From Octopus sinensis (taxonomy: Eukaryota): a DNA stretch of 9,002 bases. The stretch lies in the NCBI RefSeq assembly GCF_006345805.1, contig NW_021828191.1, positions 1 through 9,002 on the forward strand, given 5' to 3'. A program made the position numbers and the translations under genes. Shown here piece after piece: positions 7,521-9,002 of this stretch. The first letter of the stretch is position 1, and every line of letters begins with the position of its first letter. Under the pieces are notes generated by a model. The model had not been told where the DNA came from and made no database searches. It was given only the letters and a program-made list of their open reading frames with translations.

Positions 7521-7549
7521 AGGTTTAATGACATACGTACGCATGCACT

Positions 7550-7552
<3 letters not shown>

Positions 7553-7592
<40 letters not shown>

Positions 7593-7622
7593 CATATATG
7601 TACGAATATGTATACATATATA
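7553..7622. repeat. (TA)n microsatellite
   Basis: Read directly. Confidence 0.92.
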
Positions 7623-7709
7623 GGTTTGGTCCTAGGGTCGATTGGCTCGACTAAAGGCGGTGCTCCAGCATGGCTGCAATCAAATGACTGAAACAAGTAA
7701 AAGAGATAT
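7623..7709 (+). mobile_element. 3' tail fragment of the first-family SINE
   Basis: GGGTCGATTGGCTCGACT...CCAGCATGGCTGCAATCAAATGACTGAAACAAGTAAAAGAG. The last 17 nt are identical to 450-466, and the fragment is an inverted homologue of 7372-7423. Confidence 0.7.
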
Positions 7710-8577
7710 CTGCTAAAATGAAACGTCAGTGTTATTTTAAGTTTGCATAATTCAAACGACAATATATATATTGTATATAACGGGAATCCTCCTAGTGATG
7801 TATATGTCTCTCTCTAGTATCAGCGTGGATATGTATTTATACCATATTCTCACATGTAATTGTGTGTATATGGTTAATCCAGGATTTTGAAATGGAAATT
7901 CTCTGGAATGTTTCATAAATCTTCTTAGAAACTCTAATCGATTGGATTTGGAGAATGTGATTCAGTTTGCATTGTTTTTGCTTGTTTGCTTGTCATTTAT
8001 TTTTGTTTTATTTTTCATTTCCTGCAAAAGTCCTGCAGTTTCAAGATTTCTTTGCCAATTTGATATTCATACATTACAAATAATAGTTTTCTCACAACGT
8101 AGAATCTTAAAACTCATCCTTATCTTTCTTAAGCATAAGCTGTCCTACTTTCTACGGTCAGTTTCTGAATAGCAAATCTGTATCCTTCTCAGTGGAATGG
8201 GACGTAAGCATCACAGTTCCAAAAGATGTTACACACCTTGGCAGTGTCTTTTCTGTCTTCAAGCTTACAGGATATACATTTGGGCATAACATTCATAGTT
8301 CTTCTTTCATCTTCATTTTAATCATTTTTGCTCTGTGACACTATTGACGTAGGGGCTTACTATGGCAGTTGGAACTTTCTTAATAAAGATGTCCAAGTTG
8401 TGGTTCTTATCAAATTTCCAGTCTAATATATTTAATTCTTTTAAAAAGAAAGACCTGTTTTTAACAAACAAACCTAGCTCTTTCGATGAAGTTTGCATTA
8501 CATAAACAAGGGTTACATTTTGAATTTTATAAAGATTTTCATTTTACTCTTACTTGCATATTATGTCATCAGACGTC

Positions 8578-8770
8578 TGTATGTATGTATGTATGTATGT
8601 ATGTATGTATGTATGTATGTATGTATGTATGTATGTATGTGTGTGTATGTATGTATGTGTGTATGTATGTATGTGTGTATGTATGTATGTATGTATGTAT
8701 GTATGTATGTTGTATGTATGTATGTATGTATGTATGTATGTATGCATATTTGTATGAATGCATGTATGTG
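8578..8770. repeat. (TATG)n tetranucleotide microsatellite
   Basis: Read directly. Confidence 0.97.
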
Positions 8771-8860
8771 TGTAATATATATGATTTTATATATGTACGA
8801 CTGAACATATGTATGTAGTTACAGTAAAACAGTATTAGCCTATATCACTCTTCATCTCGA

Positions 8861-9002
8861 TGTATGTATGTATGTATGTATGTATGACTGTATGTATGCA
8901 TGTATGTGTGTGTATGTATGTGTGTGTATGTATGTATGTATGTATGTATGTATGTATGTATGTATGTATGTATGTATGCATGCATGCATATTTGTATGAA
9001 TG
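8861..9002. repeat. (TATG)n tetranucleotide microsatellite, second block
   Basis: Read directly; runs to the window end. Confidence 0.97.

Noticed and set aside
6184-8818. Many YI/CV/HT/MYVC-repeat ORFs (also those at 185-669)
   Set aside because: Stop-free di- and tetranucleotide repeats and SINE sequence, with no protein-like complexity.
1-9002. CRISPR array or prokaryotic operon/defence system
   Set aside because: No repeat-spacer periodicity and no intact genes; composition and repeats are those of metazoan intergenic or intronic DNA.

Overview
AT-rich, microsatellite-dense eukaryotic non-coding DNA with no supportable host gene. The repeat families look like those of octopus or another coleoid cephalopod (inference from recalled repeat families, not checked by search). 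The window is a mosaic of decayed retroelements. The main structure is a three-level nested insertion at about 1085-2820. A tRNA-type SINE is split, with an 11-bp target-site duplication, by a fold-back element. Each arm of that element is a tRNA-like head, a (TAA)n tract and a Penelope-type minimal hammerhead ribozyme. A 5'-truncated R4/Dong-clade RLE non-LTR retrotransposon then sits inside the (TAA)n tract of the right arm. Also present: a Tx1/L1-clade 3' fragment between (TA)n arrays (5476-6222) that the ORF track misses, several more SINE copies, a 117/139-bp direct repeat, a polypyrimidine tract with a cryptic repeat, and many microsatellites that account for most of the listed ORFs.
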